A DNA stretch of 64,000 nucleotides from Salpingoeca rosetta (Eukaryota > Protista > Choanoflagellata). Location: the NCBI GenBank assembly GCA_033442325.1, contig JAWQFM010000021.1, forward strand, positions 1,116,480 through 1,180,479, written 5' to 3'. Positions 47,201-61,678 of this stretch are shown piece by piece. The position numbers and the translations under genes are program-made. The notes under the pieces are model-generated. The model searched no databases. It saw only the letters and a program-made list of their open reading frames with translations, and was not told where the DNA came from. The first letter of the stretch is position 1, and each line of letters begins with the position of its first letter.

Positions 47201-49854
47201 GTGACCACCAACCCGCTGCCCTTCCCCGCCGACCGCGACCAGGTGCTCTTCATCCGCCCGTTTGTTGCCGTGTCCCAGGTCATCCCGGAGTCGAACATGA
47301 TTGCGGGCGCCATGTACTCGCTCTCCCTCTCCATTGGCTGGCGCCAGGACACCGCCACCACCTTCCCCTCGGCCATCTCCATCCAGCTGCTGAGTGCCGA
47401 CCTCGGCGTCGCGCTTGCCGTCGAGCAGTACACGGCGGAGAGCCTCTCCCTCGTCCCGGGCACCTTTGTCAGCACCACGCTCGGCTTTGCTGCCCCGACG
47501 GACGCCGTGTACCTTGGCGAGCAGATCCGCGTTGTTGTGCGCGTCAACGGCGAGACGGTGGCCCAGGCCGCCATTGACAACTTTGAGATGGTGGTTGAGC
47601 TGCCGCCGCCCACCACGCCCGAGCCGCTCACCACCACGCCCGAGCCAACCACGACGGAGGAGCAGACGACGACGGCCGAGCCCACGACTGAGGCCGCGCC
47701 ACTGCTCGTCTCCGGCTCCTTTGAGGAGGACAACGTCACCGCCGACAACTTTGTGCTCTCGGCCATTGGCTGGGATGTGTCTGGCCTGTGCGGCGTGTTC
47801 CAGCCAACCACCACCCACTACCCCGGCGCCATCACGGGTGTCCTGCCCCCACCGGCCGATGGCCAGCAGGTCCTCTTTGTCCGCGCCGGCGGCCGCGCCG
47901 TCCAGGTTGCAGCCGGCGTTGCCTACGAGCCAAACTTCAACTACTCGCTGCACTTTGCCGTTGGCTGGCGCCAGGACTCAAGCATGATTGTGGGCACGAC
48001 GGTGCGCCTCGCGTACCCCGTGGACGCGACCTCGTATGCCGTGGTTGCCGAGCGTCGCATCACCGCAGAGGACCTGCAGCGCGGCGCGTTTGAGTGGTTC
48101 ACCCTCAGCTTCATGTCCACCGCTGGCGGCGACCACATTGGCCGCGACGTGGTGGTGATGGTTGTTGCCGACGCGTCTGGTCGCGGCCAGGTCAACTACG
48201 ACAACTTCATCCTGGAGGCTGTCGAGGGCGAGGCCACAACCACAACTACCACTACGACCACAACCACAACCACGACCACAACCACAACCACGACCACGAC
48301 CACGACCACGACCACCACCACGACGACGACCACGACGACGTGTGCTTCGAGCTGCAACCCGTCCTTCACGGGCGCGTCTGTGGCGTCCATGGCCGGCGTG
48401 TACGAGACGCTTGTGGCGGACGTCAACGCTGACGGCATCAACGACATTGTTGCCACGTCCGACTCTGCTGGTGCGCTTGCTCTGCTTGGCGGTGCAGACG
48501 CCACCACCTTCAGCGTCTTTGCCACCTTCCCCGGCGTTGCGGATGCGCGCGCTGTTGTTCGCGGCGACGTGGACGCTGACGGGCGCCAGGACTTTGTTGT
48601 CGGCGGCGGCTCCACCATCACGTACGTGCGCAACACGGGCGAAGGGTACACGCCGTACGTGGTGACCTCCTCCGCTGCTGGCGTGCACGAGGCGATCCTG
48701 CTCATGGACCTCAACGGCGACAGCCTGCTGGACATTGTGGTGAGCGAGCGCAACGGCGACGCCGTGCGTGTGTTCACGGCGGCGCGCGGCACCACCGATC
48801 CGCTCGTGTTTGCCCCATCCACGCTGCTGAACCTGGATGGCGCCTTTGGCCTCGCCGCCGGCGACGTGAACGGTGACAATCTCGAAGACATTGTTGTTGC
48901 GGGCCGCGACTCCAACTCCATCGTGTACCTGCAGAACAACGGTGACGGGTCCTTCTCCTCCTTTGTCGTCGCCAACAGCGTCAACACGCCACGTGACGTT
49001 GAGCTTGCGGACATTGACAACGATGGCGATCTCGACATCATTGTCGCCGTCTCCGGCGCGGGCTCCGTTGTTGCATACGTCACCTCCGCCAGCGGCAGCG
49101 TGTTCACGCCCGTGACGCTGTCCAACACGGTGCCCGATGCGTTTGACCTCACCGTCGGCAACGTGAACGGTGACTGCAACGTGGACATTGTCGTTGCCCA
49201 GCGCGACGCCGGTGTTGTGACCATGCTCATGAACGATGGTGGTCTGTCCTTCACTGCCGTGCAGCTCACCGCCAACGCCGCGGGCGTGACGGATGTGACG
49301 CTCGCTGATGTGGACAAGGATGGCTCCAACGACATTGTCGTCAGCGCAAACGGCGCTGGGGAGGTGCGCGTGTTCTTCAGCAGCTGTGGTACTGGCACTC
49401 TGCCACCCACCACCACGGGCGGCTCGACCACCACCACTACCACCACCACCACAACGACTACCACCACCACCACGACCACCACGACTACCACGACTACCAC
49501 TTCCACAACCACAACCACAACGACTACCACGACCACCACCACAACCACAACGACCACGACGACGACGACCACGACCACCACCTCAGTCTCGACGACGTTT
49601 GTGTGCCCTGCCATTGGGCTGCAGTGCGAGGCGGTTGGTCTTGGCACGGTTGACGGCGAGTGCGACCCCAAGTGGACTGCCCAACGCATCAGCTCCTCGC
49701 TTGGTGATGGCGCATACAAGGTGGTCACGGCCGACTTCAACAACGACGGCTTTGCCGATGCCGCCACTGCCTCTGTTACAGATAACGCGGTTGTTGTCTA
49801 CCTCAACAACAACGGCGCTCAGTCCTTCACCGAGACGGCGCTCACGTACGTGTT

Positions 49855-49902
<48 letters not shown>

Positions 49903-52156
49903 TAGCGTGTGCTTTCGTGTGTTTGCGCGTGCTTGTGGTCTAGCGTGTGCTTTCGTGTGTTTGCGCGTTCCAGTGCGTGCTTGTACACCCTTTGGTTGTT
50001 ATTTTGGGGAGTGTTGTGCGTTTACGTTCTGATTTTCACATGTTACACGTTTTGCGAACTTGTATCAAACCAACCATCTACCTTTCATTCATTCACCAAC
50101 GCGCCGTCCCCCCCCCCAAACACAACAGGTCGTCGTTCACTGCCCCTCGCGGCCTTGCTGCCGGCGATGTGACGGGCGACGATGTGCCTGATCTTGTTGC
50201 CGCCTTCACGGGCAGCGGCGCGCTTGTCCTCTTCACCAACGATGGCTCTGGCGCATTCACAGCCTCCACCATCGCAGATGGTACGCCTGCACGCCGCTTG
50301 GCTTTGTGTGTGTTGTGTGTGTTGTGTGTGTTGCGTGTGTATCATGTGTGTTTGTTTGTTTTGTAGTTGGTGAGAGTGGAAACGTGGTGTGTGGTTGTGT
50401 TTGTTGGCTCTTGGCGTGTTTGCTGCTGTGTGTCTCTCCCTCGGGCCATGCTGCTTGGAGTGACGGCGTTTGGGTGCTTGAAGCAGGCACCCGCGTCTTG
50501 TTGAAGTGCCTTCGTGCTCACACTTGTTGATGTCTTGTGCGTGTGTGTGTGTGTGCACACATGGAAACCGCCTGCCCCATTGCCCTGCTGTCTGCAGACG
50601 TGGCTGATGTGAACAACGTGGCGCTTGGTGACTTCAACAACGACGAGAACAACGACATCATCATCACCCGCCGCAACGAGGCCATCGTGGAGGTGTTTGT
50701 GTCTGACGGCGCCAACCCACCAGCCTTCACGCGCGTGGTTGTGGACACCAACGCCAACGGCGCCTTTGATGTTGCTGTCGCCGACTTTGACCGCGACGGC
50801 GACCTGGATGCCGTTGTGACGGCTCGCGATGACGACCAGGTGGTGGTGTACGCCAACACCATTGTCGATACCCTTCCCACGTTTGTCAAGACCATTGCCG
50901 GCACCGCCAGCCAACCGCGCGGCGTCACCGTCGGGGTGCGTTACACTGTGTTGCGTTGCATTTTGGGGAGGAAAGAGAGAGAGTCAGAGGGGAGAGGGGT
51001 TTTTTTGGGGGCGCATTTGCGTGTGCCTGTGTTGTATGTGCGTGTGCTCTTGTGTGTGCGTGTGCTCTTGTGTGTGTGTGGTTGTGTGACCTGAAAGCAA
51101 CATCGTTGAGCTTGGTTGAGACGATGCTCACGTGTGGGCTGCGGTTGTGATGTGCATGTGATGTTTACAGGACTTTGATGGTGATGGTGACATGGACATT
51201 GCCACGGCCAACACCGGCGACGCTTCTCTCGGAGTGTGAGTTGTTTTTGGTGGTGGTGTAGCAGGTCGCTCATTCGATGTGTGGTGCGTGGGTCTGACGT
51301 TGTTTTTGCCACTGCACCGTTTCGTGACTATCCGATGTCTTGTGCTTGCTTGGTTGCTTGGTTGCTTGGTTGCTTGGTTGCTTCGTCCACGCTTGTTGAC
51401 ACTTTCTTGCTTGGTTTGTGTGTGTGTGTGTGTGTGTGTTTGTGTGTGTGCAGCATCTACAACGACGGCAGTCTGACGTTTGCGTCCTTCAGCTTCTCCA
51501 CGGGCATCCTTGCCGACGTGTACGAGGTGTATGCCACGGACATTGACCTTGACTGCGACGCGGACATTGTTGTGTCTGTCACCGGCGCCAACGCCGTTGT
51601 TCTCTATGACAACTTTGACCCGGCGACACGCGGCGCGTTCCAGTTCAACGCCGTCTCCAGCGGCGCTCCCGACGTCCGCGGAGTAAGTCACGTTGTTGTG
51701 CGTGTGTACATTTGTTGTTTGTTTGTGTGTGTGTGTGTGTCTTTGTTTGTGTTTGTATGCATTTGTTGTGTGCGCGCATGTGTGCATTTGTTGTTTGTTT
51801 GTGTGCATTTGTGTGCGTGTATGCACTTCGTGTGTGTGTGTGTGTGTGTACACTTGCGTACACTTGTGCGTGTGTGTGTGCATTTGTTTGCTCGTGTGCT
51901 GGTCTTGGTGCTTGTGTTCGTCTCTACCGCGGGCGTAGGGTTTCCCCCCTCGCCGCCCTTCATGTCTGGCGCTTCTTTGTTCCGCCCTTTTGTCTCACCT
52001 TGCACCATGCACCACGCGCCCCTACTCGCACTGCTTCAACCTCTTCAGATTGCTGTCGCTGACGTTGACAACGATGGCGACTTTGACATTCTCGCTGGTG
52101 CGTCTGGCAGCACAGACTTTGTCTACTACAAGAGCGACTGCTGCATGCTCGCTTAA
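39480..52156 (+). CDS. Very large secreted protein: signal peptide, 7 NPSFE-type CBM-like beta-sandwich domains, 3 FG-GAP/VCBS repeat blocks, Thr/Ser mucin linkers; about 15 exons, largest 43703-49845
   Basis: MARSAPLLLAVVALMVGSISAQ; repeated NPSFE...GW...AGTFRP...QVLF...DN; many DxNxDGxxDiv motifs; GT-AG introns; stop at 52156. Confidence 0.85.
41972..42298. other. Compositionally foreign ~327-bp segment inside a Ser/Thr-repeat exon
   Basis: About 47% GC by hand count, TA-rich, no microsatellite. The flanks stay in one reading frame. GT at 41975 and AG at 42297-42298. Confidence 0.8.
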
Positions 52157-53067
52157 GCCCACAATCCTTTTTTCTCTGTCCCCGTACACAGCGTTGTTTT
52201 CTACACTTGTCTAACGAGTGTGTGTGCACACATGTTTGAGTATGCGAGTATGTGTTTGTTTGTTGTGTGATTGGGGTTTGCTTTCTGTTTGTTTGTGCAT
52301 GAGCGCGTACGTATGTGTGTGTGTGTATGGCCACATGTCTTTGTGCTTTCAAGCGTGGTTGTTGTTTTGTTTGCTCGCTTGCTTGCTTGGTCTCGTGGTA
52401 GGGGCGGGTTTGTTCCCTTTCCACCTTGTGCCGTGCGTCGTGCCGTTGTGCATCGTGCATTGTGCATTGCGTACCACGAACCCTGCATGTCACCCCTCTC
52501 CCACACACATCCTTGGAAGATGTTCTTCTTTGTGTTTGCTTCTTCGATACCCTCTTGTTGTCCTTGTTGTTGGTGGTGGTGGTGTTGCTTGTTACTGTCG
52601 AGTGTTTCCCCCCGTGTCCAGCCATCATCATGTATGTGAACAGCCAACCCAACCAGCCGACCAAGAGCCCTGCATGTGGGGGGAAGTGTGTGTGTGTGTG
52701 TGCTGCTTGGTGGATGTGCAACAGCGGCCACCACGGGCTGTCACGTCGCTTCTTGCTTGCTTGCACTGCTGCCGATGCTGTTCTCGCTGCACATGCTTTT
52801 ACGACAAAGTGTTGCTTGTTGTGCGCGGTCAGCAGAAGGAGTTGGGAAGGAGAGGTGTTTGGCGCTGTGTTTGTGCATGTCTTGTGCGTGTGTGCGTGTT
52901 GTTGTTGTTGTTGTTGTGTGTTCCCATCGAATGAACGATCATGGAGCAAAAGCAAGGAAAAGGAAAAGGGTTGAGACTAAGAAGCCTTCTTTCCTAACCT
53001 TGTGGAGGCCAACAAGCACAGCACAAGGAGCACACACAGACACACGCACACATGTGCAGACACACAC

Positions 53068-53120
<53 letters not shown>

Positions 53121-54369
53121 CACACACACGCACACACACACACACATGTGCACAACGCAAAAAGCACGTGTTTTGCTTGCTTGCTTGCTCCGCCAAAAAC
53201 AACAGACGATGAATGAAATGAAATCACCGACGCAGGAACAATGCATTCCATCACCATCACCACCGCCACCACCACCATCACTGTTGATGCGCGATCATCA
53301 TGCACCCATTCATTAGAGGCAAGCTCGCCCACGTTCCTGCCCACGTTCCAACACGCGCTCGCTCGTGTCTCCCACAACCACACAACCACACAACGAACAA
53401 CAACACACCAGTGCACACCCGGACACAAACGTGCTGGGCTGCATGCAAACAAATCAAGCAAGCCAGCAACGCCACCCCTCACGCCCGTCACGCAAGCAAG
53501 CACACAATGCAACGATGGGCTGCTTGTGGTCTTTGCACAGCAACGGCAACGAACAACCACACACGCACACGCGCAAACGCACAAGAACCACCCAAGCCAC
53601 ACTGTTGGCCGTGCATGCATGCAACACAAGGTGCGGTGGCGTTGGTCAGGCTGACACAGCCACGTACCCACAAGGACAAGAGGAAACTACGCCACCGCAG
53701 CCGTCATTTTTGACAGCGTTCGCCACGGAAATTTGGCTGTGGTGATTGGTCAGGTATGCGCATTGTGATTGGCTCGCCAGGTGCACTGAATGACCGTTGT
53801 TTGCCTGCAAGCACAGCAGCAGCACAAAGTATGCACTGCAGGCATACGCACCAAAAGCAACACTGCAACAGAAACGAATGAAAAAGGAAAAGAAAGGGAA
53901 AAAAACGGTCCACCTGACTGACTGGCTGGCAGACTGACGGTTGTGGCACATGCACACACACCTCCCCCCCAAACACAACCGCCAGCCAGCCACGCAGAAA
54001 GCAGAAAGCAAGTGCCAGAGCGTGTGTGTGCTGCGTGCTGCGTGCTGCGTGCGAGAACAGAGGGCTGACCAAGACCAACAACGGCTGCTTGTTCGATCAA
54101 CGTGTCAAGTGGCAGTTTCCACACATCCTCCTCACCCGCACTGGTCCCCTTTGCATCCACCCTTACCTCCATCTGGTGTTGTTCATCAAGCGCAACCACC
54201 ACCACCACCACCAATAGCCACCACAACACCCTTCTCCATTCACATCAACCCACCAACCAACTTGTTTGCTTGCTTGCCAACAACTACAACACCACGCACT
54301 CATCTGCTGTTGGGAGACCACAAGACAACTCTTTTTGCATCCCACCGCACCCACACCCACACCCACAAG

Positions 54370-56526
54370 ATGATGCTGTCAAACAGACAAGCGGCGTTGG
54401 CAGCGCTGCTCATGGTGCTCTGCACCTGCATGCCTGCAAGCTTTGCCCAGACCGTTGGTGTGCAGATTGAGACGGCCACCGTGCTGTCCACCTTCCCCGG
54501 CTGCCGCAAGCAGGTCGCCAGCAACTCTGGTTACATTGCCATCAACAGCTTTGATGATGGTCTCACCGTCTCAGACTGCGATGCCGCAGGTGGCTGCGAC
54601 TGCATCAAGTTTGAGTCGTGCAGCAGCGCGGGCTCGTGCCAGCGCCTCTACACCTGTACCTCCTCCGACAACAGCTGCTTCTCCTACAGCGACGAGTGCG
54701 CGTACGAGACAGAGCTCAACGCCATTGCCATTGTCGACGTCGACTGCAGCCGTGACCAGGACCTCACCACCTTTGACGCAGCCGAGCTCCTCAACTTTGG
54801 CACAAAGTTCCGCCAGAACGTCCTCGCCGACTGCGGCTTCAGCACCGTGTGCGGCGTCGCCGGCAGCGTCTCGGGCGACATCACCGTCGTCGATGCAGAC
54901 ACCTTTGAGGTGGCCGTTACCGAAGACGTAAGTGTGCAAATACATGCATCTTTGCTTCTTTGCCTCGTTGCCGCTTTGCCTTTGTGTGTTCTTGCTTGCT
55001 TGCCGTTTGGGCGGCGTGCATAATAGCCGTTCAATGCTCCTGCTTTTTGTGGTTTCGCCTGCACTCGTGCGTGTGTCTTGACTGTGTATCTTGTCTCGTT
55101 TCCTGTGCTTGCATGCACGCAAACACACCACCTCCCTTGTTCTTGTTGTTGTGTTCCATTGCTTTTGTGATGCTCATTCCACGCTATTGCAATCCACACC
55201 CAGGCCCTGAGCGACCTCAGCACATGCATTGGCGCAAACCAGCTCCGCTTCCACCGCTGTGACGCCATTGCCGTGACCCAGCCAACCTCCACGTCCACGT
55301 CGACCTCCACATCGACCTCAACTTCCACCTCTACGTCCACATCGACGTCCACATCTACTTCCACCTCTACGTCTACGTCTACCTCCACCTCCACGTCCAC
55401 ATCCAGCTCCACGTCCACCTCTACCTCGACTTCCACGTCGACGTCCACTTCCACTTCCACCTCCACCTCCACCTCCACTTCCGAGGACCTGTATGGCTAC
55501 GTCGATGTCGAGCTCACCGCCACCTTCCGCGACACGCCAGTTGTCAACGAGATTGTGCTTGCAGGCAACGACTCTGTCATGCTCGCCTTCACCACGGGCG
55601 ACGACACCAACGTGCTCCTCTGCCGCGACACGCAGTGCTTCGACGCCAACGTCATGCGCAGCGTTGTCTCTGGTGCCCACATGGTCGACATTGACGCCGA
55701 CGAGGACGGCAACGGCGTGCTCGTCGCCGCTGTTGGCGGCTCTGTTGTCTACGGCTACCGCCCGCCTTACGACGAGGGCTTCTTCGGCCTCTCCGTCTAC
55801 AACGTCATTGAGCAGGCCGACAACGTGACCGCCGTTGGTGTTGGCTTCCGCGCCAACGGGCTCCCCGTCATCGCCGCCAGCGTGAGCGGCGGCATTGTGG
55901 TCCTCTCCTGCGACGACGTTGTGTGCTGGCGCCACCGCGAGGCGTGGATCGAGCACGACTGGACCAACGCCGCCATCTCCATCGCCGTGGACCCGCTCAC
56001 CAGCCAGGTTGTCCTCATGTACGCTAACGGCACCCAGCACGACCTCGTTCGCGCCGTTGTTGACGGGCGCTCCGCCTCTTCCGCGGTTGTCTTCGACACC
56101 CCCGTCACCAGCGTGGGCCACGCGTTTGACGCCCGCAACGGCATGATCTTCGGCGCCTTCCGCGACGACAGCGACCTCGTTGACCAGCAGAAGGTGTTTG
56201 CATGCAACAACGTTTCCTGCGACGTGACGGGCTCTGAGATCTACTTCTCGCAGATCCAGACCCCCGGCTCCGGCCCCCGCTTCGACTACTCCTCCTACTC
56301 CCACCTCGGTATGGCCTTCACCCAGGGCGACGACGACGGCGTCTACTTTGTCGCCTGCTCTGCGCTCGGCGTGTGCAACGCCCCCGTGCTCATTGATGGC
56401 CCCACGTCCAGCCTCGACTTCAAGTACAACAGCGGTGGCCTGCCCGTCTTCGCATACACCAGCGCCGACGCCGTCGTCAGAATCACCCAGTGCACATTCA
56501 CACGCTGCAACCTCACTCCTCCCTAA
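54370..56526 (+). CDS. Secreted protein: signal peptide, Cys-rich domain, (ST)n linker, C-terminal propeller-like repeat domain; exons 54370-54927 and 55204-56526
   Basis: Hydrophobic N-terminus ending ASFA|Q; phase-0 gtaagt...cag intron; recurring C-x-D/N-x-x-C motifs. Confidence 0.8.
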
Positions 56527-57343
56527 ACTTGGGGGGAGTCGACTTTTCCCTCTCGCTCATACCTGAACCACATACACCTCTTCCTCTTCTTTCCTCCCAC
56601 ACCAGCAACTCCAGCAACTCCCCCCCCCACAAACAATCTTCAGCACCACAGCCCTCCCTCCCCCCTTGTATCCATCCATCTATCTCCCTATCCCCCATCC
56701 CTTCGACACCATCCCTAGAATGGGGAGGACAAGAGGGGTGGTGCCGCCAGGCAGCATGAGCGCACCTCCCCGGTTCTCTCGTTCTTCCTCGTCCCAGCAG
56801 TGAATAACAGCATGCACCATGCAACTGTGTGTGTATGTATCCCTGATGTGAACTGGTTGTTCAGTCCAAACACGTTCCTTCAACAACTTGCCAGCGAGTG
56901 TGAGTGCCTTTGTGACGTGTGTTTGCTTGTGTCCATGGTGTTCGCCTGTGCGTTGTTGTTGTTGTTGTGTGTGTGTATGTGTCTCGTGCTGTATGTATGT
57001 GCGTTGGTTTCTTTTGCGTGCGTTGTGGTGGATTTTGGAATTGGAATGGTCGATGCATACATACGCCTTGCTTATCCCTCGTCTCAATGTGTTTAAAACA
57101 AACAATCATGCCCACTTTCCCTGTGCCGTCTCCATGTGTGCGATGTACATCCCATCACGTCTCGTGTGTGCCTGTCTGTTCCCATTGGTCGACTTTCCGT
57201 GTCATCTTGTGTGGTGTGTGGTGTGCTGTTTGTTAGACAGAAATGAACGAAACCCCTGCAACCACACCTGATGCGAAGCAACAATGAGCGTGGGAAGGTG
57301 GAGGAGCAGAGGCGCACAGGGAGAAGGAGAGTGAGGGTGCACG

Positions 57344-57383
<40 letters not shown>

Positions 57384-57386
57384 GTG

Positions 57387-58942
57387 TCAAGGGAGAAAGC
57401 CTGCCCATGTGAGGGCGTTCTGATTCAGAGCAGCAATGACGTGCTGCTTGTCCATGTCCTTGACGTCTGCAATCAAGTCAATCACGGCAGCCAGCTCATC
57501 GTCGACCTTGCTCGCGTCTGCGCGGTCAGATTCAACCAGCAGGCGGTCAAGCGGAACGGCGGCAATGTTCGCACGTGCGCGCCGCTCGCTGCGAAGCGAC
57601 ACAACTGAGGAGAAGCCAAAGAACACCTGCACCCCAAGATCGCGCTCACACACGCGCAGCAGCCGCTTCACGGTCTCCGCTGACCCGCCATACGAGTGCA
57701 CGGCGATGCGCGGCGGCAAGCGAACCGCCATCCTCGCTGCAACTGCGGGGTCGTGGCCACCGCTGCTCTGCGTACCGCCAGTGTCGCTGTGACCTCGCTG
57801 GGTGAAAGATCCCGGTGCTTGCTTGCCTCGTGCGTGTAGGTCACACAGGATGGTGATGAGCGCCTCATACGCTTTGACGCAGTGGATGCTCACGGGTCGC
57901 TCAAAGTGGCCTGCGAGACAGAGGCACCGCCGGAACACATCCTGTTGTGCTGCGCGGTCCACGAGGCCGCTCTCGGGAATCTTGGCCACAAAGTCTAGGC
58001 CAATCTCGCCCACGACCACGCGCTCGTGTTCTGTGAGCACGGCTGCCATCTCCTCCTCCCACGTGTATGGCGCGGTTGAAACAACCGCGCCAGAATGCTG
58101 CGTTTTGGAACCGCCCAATGCCTTGTAACCGTCGCCTTCGTTTGCTGGGTCCTTGCGCTCAGCCACGTAGCGGTGTGCAAACCACGGGTGAATGCCGACA
58201 CAGGCCACAGCTGCTGGAACCTTGTCGTCAATGTCTCCTTTCCTGGTTATCAATCTGCCCACATCTATTTGGTCCTGGCACAAACAGTGATGAAGGGACA
58301 AGAAGTGTATGTGGGTGCGTGTGTTTGTGCATGAGTGTGCGTGTTTGCGTGCGTGCGTGCGTGCGTGTGTGTGTGCGTGCGTGCGTGTGTGCGTGTGTGT
58401 GCAAGAGTGTGCGTGTGTGCGTGTGTGCGTGTGTGCGTGCGTGCGTGTGTGTGCAAGAGTGTGCGTGCGTGTGCATGAGTGTGCGTGTGTGCGTGTGTGT
58501 GCATGAGTGTGCGTGTGCGGCGTGCGTGCGTGTGTGCGTGCGTGCGTGCGTGCGTGTGTGCGTGCGTGCGTGCGTGCGTGTGTGTGAAAAGCGAAAGCAT
58601 ACAGCCAAGACAAACACACACATGCACAAACTTGCACACAACACACGACACACGACACACAACACACATGTACATGCATGGTGTTCTTCTCACCGAGGAC
58701 TGCATGAGGTGGAGCACTTGCTTCCACTGGCACGGTTCCGTAGACATGAGAAAGGCTACTGCCGTTTGTCGCGACATGAGAAAGGCTACTGCCGTTTGTC
58801 GCGACAGCAACTGCTTTCCTTCCACTACTCCCTCCCCAACACCATCATCACCGCCATCATCATCAACCCTTGTCACGCCTTCGTGCACATGGCAGTGCGC
58901 GTCAACCACCAAACACATCGCGTCCGCCATCATCCTCGTCAT
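57387..58942 (-). CDS. TatD-family metal-dependent nuclease; exons 58942-58694 and 58274-57387
   Basis: VDAHCH, GIHPW, VGEIGLD, SIHCV, HSYGG, LLVESD. Confidence 0.9.
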
Positions 58943-59631
58943 CACTGCAATTTTTGCTGTTGCAAACGATGACAGTCCTTGAAAGTTCTTGATAGTCCTC
59001 TCTGGCTCCTCTCAGCTTGCAAGCAAGCGAAGCACTCACGAAGAGCACAGGTCTCGTGTCTGTCTCTCTCAAGGAAAACGTGGTGATTGGCGTGTGCGTT
59101 TATGGTAGGCGACGGTGGCGTGTCGTTGGTACAAGGGAGAAGGAAGAACATAAGGTTATGGTGTGTATGCAAGGTGCGAGACTGCAAAAATGATCACGGG
59201 AGCGAGGGAGCACATTGAAATGGCTCGCAGGTAACATAATGTAACACAAGAAAGAAGGGCAGCGCGTGGAGTGTGCGTGTGCTATAGACCAACGGCAGAA
59301 CCCACTCAGGGGTAACTAACATAACAAAGGAGAAGTGGCCCAGCATGTGTAACTGAGCAAAGAGCAGAGGCAGAGGGGGTGTGCAGACCAGAACAAGAAG
59401 AAAGGAACACACTCAGCGTGAAGAGAGGTGCGGCAAGACGAAAGGTGAACAGTCTCCTCTCAGAGTGCAAGTGCTACAAACAGCATCACTTCAGCAGGAA
59501 AGAGGTTCGTTCACATGCACAGCACACAGCACACGGCGTGCCCCGAGTGTTGGCTTTGCTGTGGCTTGCTGTGGTTTGCAGTTGCTGCTGTTATGTGTGC
59601 GTGTTCGAGTCTTAGAGTCTTGCTGTCAGGC

Positions 59632-61262
59632 TCAGGCTTCGCTCGTGTCGTGCATACTGTGGGGTGCAACTGTGTTGGGAGAGGTGATGGGTGGTAGCCG
59701 TGGCGGCGCTGGCGATGGACGGCTGGACCGCTGTTCCTGTCGCTGCTGCGCGCGTGCGCGTCTGTCGCGGAGGCGAGCCTGCACCTCGCGCTTGTGGCGC
59801 TGCTGCTGGTCTTGCAGCGTCTTCTTCATGCGCTGTGTGTGTGTGTGCGTGTGTGCGTGCGTGCGTGTGCGTGTGTATGTATGTATGTATGTATGTGTGT
59901 GTGTGTGTAAGCGAACAAGAATGAATGAGTGTGTTTGCGTGCGTTGATGCGAGCGTAAGAGTAGACGCACGCGCTTTCACTTCACTCGTGTTCTCCACGT
60001 GAAATGCTCAAACGAGCAACACAGACAGCAAGCAAAACCTCGCACCGCATTGCACACCACGTACGTCTCTGTTCTCAGTGTTCTCGCGGGCCAACTGCTG
60101 CGCCGCGCCCTTGTCCACGGCGGACGAAAAGTTGGGCAGTTTGGCTTGTTGATCACAAGTACACGTTGATGTGGGGTTGGATGAGACCACGCGCATGACA
60201 ATGAGAGGATGCAGCGGCACGCACACACACACACACACATGTATCCACCCACACGCGCACGCGCATATGTGTCCACCCACCCACACACCCACACACCCAC
60301 ACACCCACACCCACACACCACCACCACCACACACACCACCACCACCACCACACACACACCACCACCACCACCACACACACACCACCACCACTACTCCTAC
60401 GACTGCACCTCTGAGTTTCTTGGTTGTGGGCGGTCGCCGCTTTCGTCGCCCGCGCAGCTGCGTTGATGGATTGGGCGCAGACACCGTCGTGCCAGCGGCC
60501 TGAATGCAGTGGGTGGCGGGGGTGATGGTGATAGTGGTTGTGACGACAACAACAACAACAACAACGATGAAGATGAACATGGAACCATGGAGGGGGCGAT
60601 GAAGATGACCATGGAGGTGGCGTTTGTGATGATGATGAGCACAATGCTGGACGAAGCATATGCACACGAAGACAAACGAACAGACGTACCGTGCGAATAT
60701 GACTGGCTGAAGCTGCTGTTCCGTCTTGTTGCATCGGCCGTGACACCGTCGGCCGCACATCCGCATGCTGAGTTGGGATCCTGGGCAATCGCAAGCAAGC
60801 AAGCGCGCGTGTGTTTTTGGTTGTGGTTGGGGGGGGGGGAGGGATAGCTGTCAGCGTACGAACTGAGCACGCAATCACACGGGAACATAACGTGTGTATA
60901 GACACGGGAGAAGAGAGACAAACAGGTAGACGGACAGACAGGAAGACACAGACAGATGTACACACACACACACACACATACACACAGACAGACAGACAAG
61001 AAGCGCATGCGTGTGCCCATCACGAAGAGGCCTTACTTTGAGGTGACCACAGCTGGGTCGTAGGTGACACTGGGCTCCGATGACGACGATGACGGAGCTG
61101 CTGTCGCATCAACCACAGCATCAGCAGAAGGTGCAACGGCCGTGCGAGTGACGTGTGGATGTGTTACACTCTGCATCGAATCCCCACCCCCGCGCCAGGC
61201 AACGCGTGTAGTCAATCGTGATGGTGAAACATTGTCCATTCCACCACCGCCACCATCACCGT

Positions 61263-61295
<33 letters not shown>

Positions 61296-61607
61296 GCTGT
61301 TGTTGTTGATGCTGTTGCTGCTGCTGCACCATCACGGCAGACATCAGCGAGAAACCGGCGAGTTCGTCCTGCACGTTTTGAACAGCGGCGAGATCGACCG
61401 GTCGAGGAATCAGAGGCGGCAGCCGCTGGTTCGCAGCGCGCGCGGACGCTGCGACGGCATTGGGAACAAAAAGGAAGGAGGGGGGGGGGTTGAGGGATAT
61501 GTAGGCCAAGTGTGGGATATCAGACATGAACACAATGTACAAACACAACACAGCAGTCATGAAGCCGGACACGAAAGTTGCCCACGCACTATGCAAACAC
61601 ACACACA

Positions 61608-61678
<71 letters not shown>

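Noticed and set aside
43511-47953. 1480-aa minus-strand ORF (also 48196-49767, 55318-56304, 35227-36516)
   Set aside because: Antisense shadows of strongly codon-biased genes, with no recognisable motifs.
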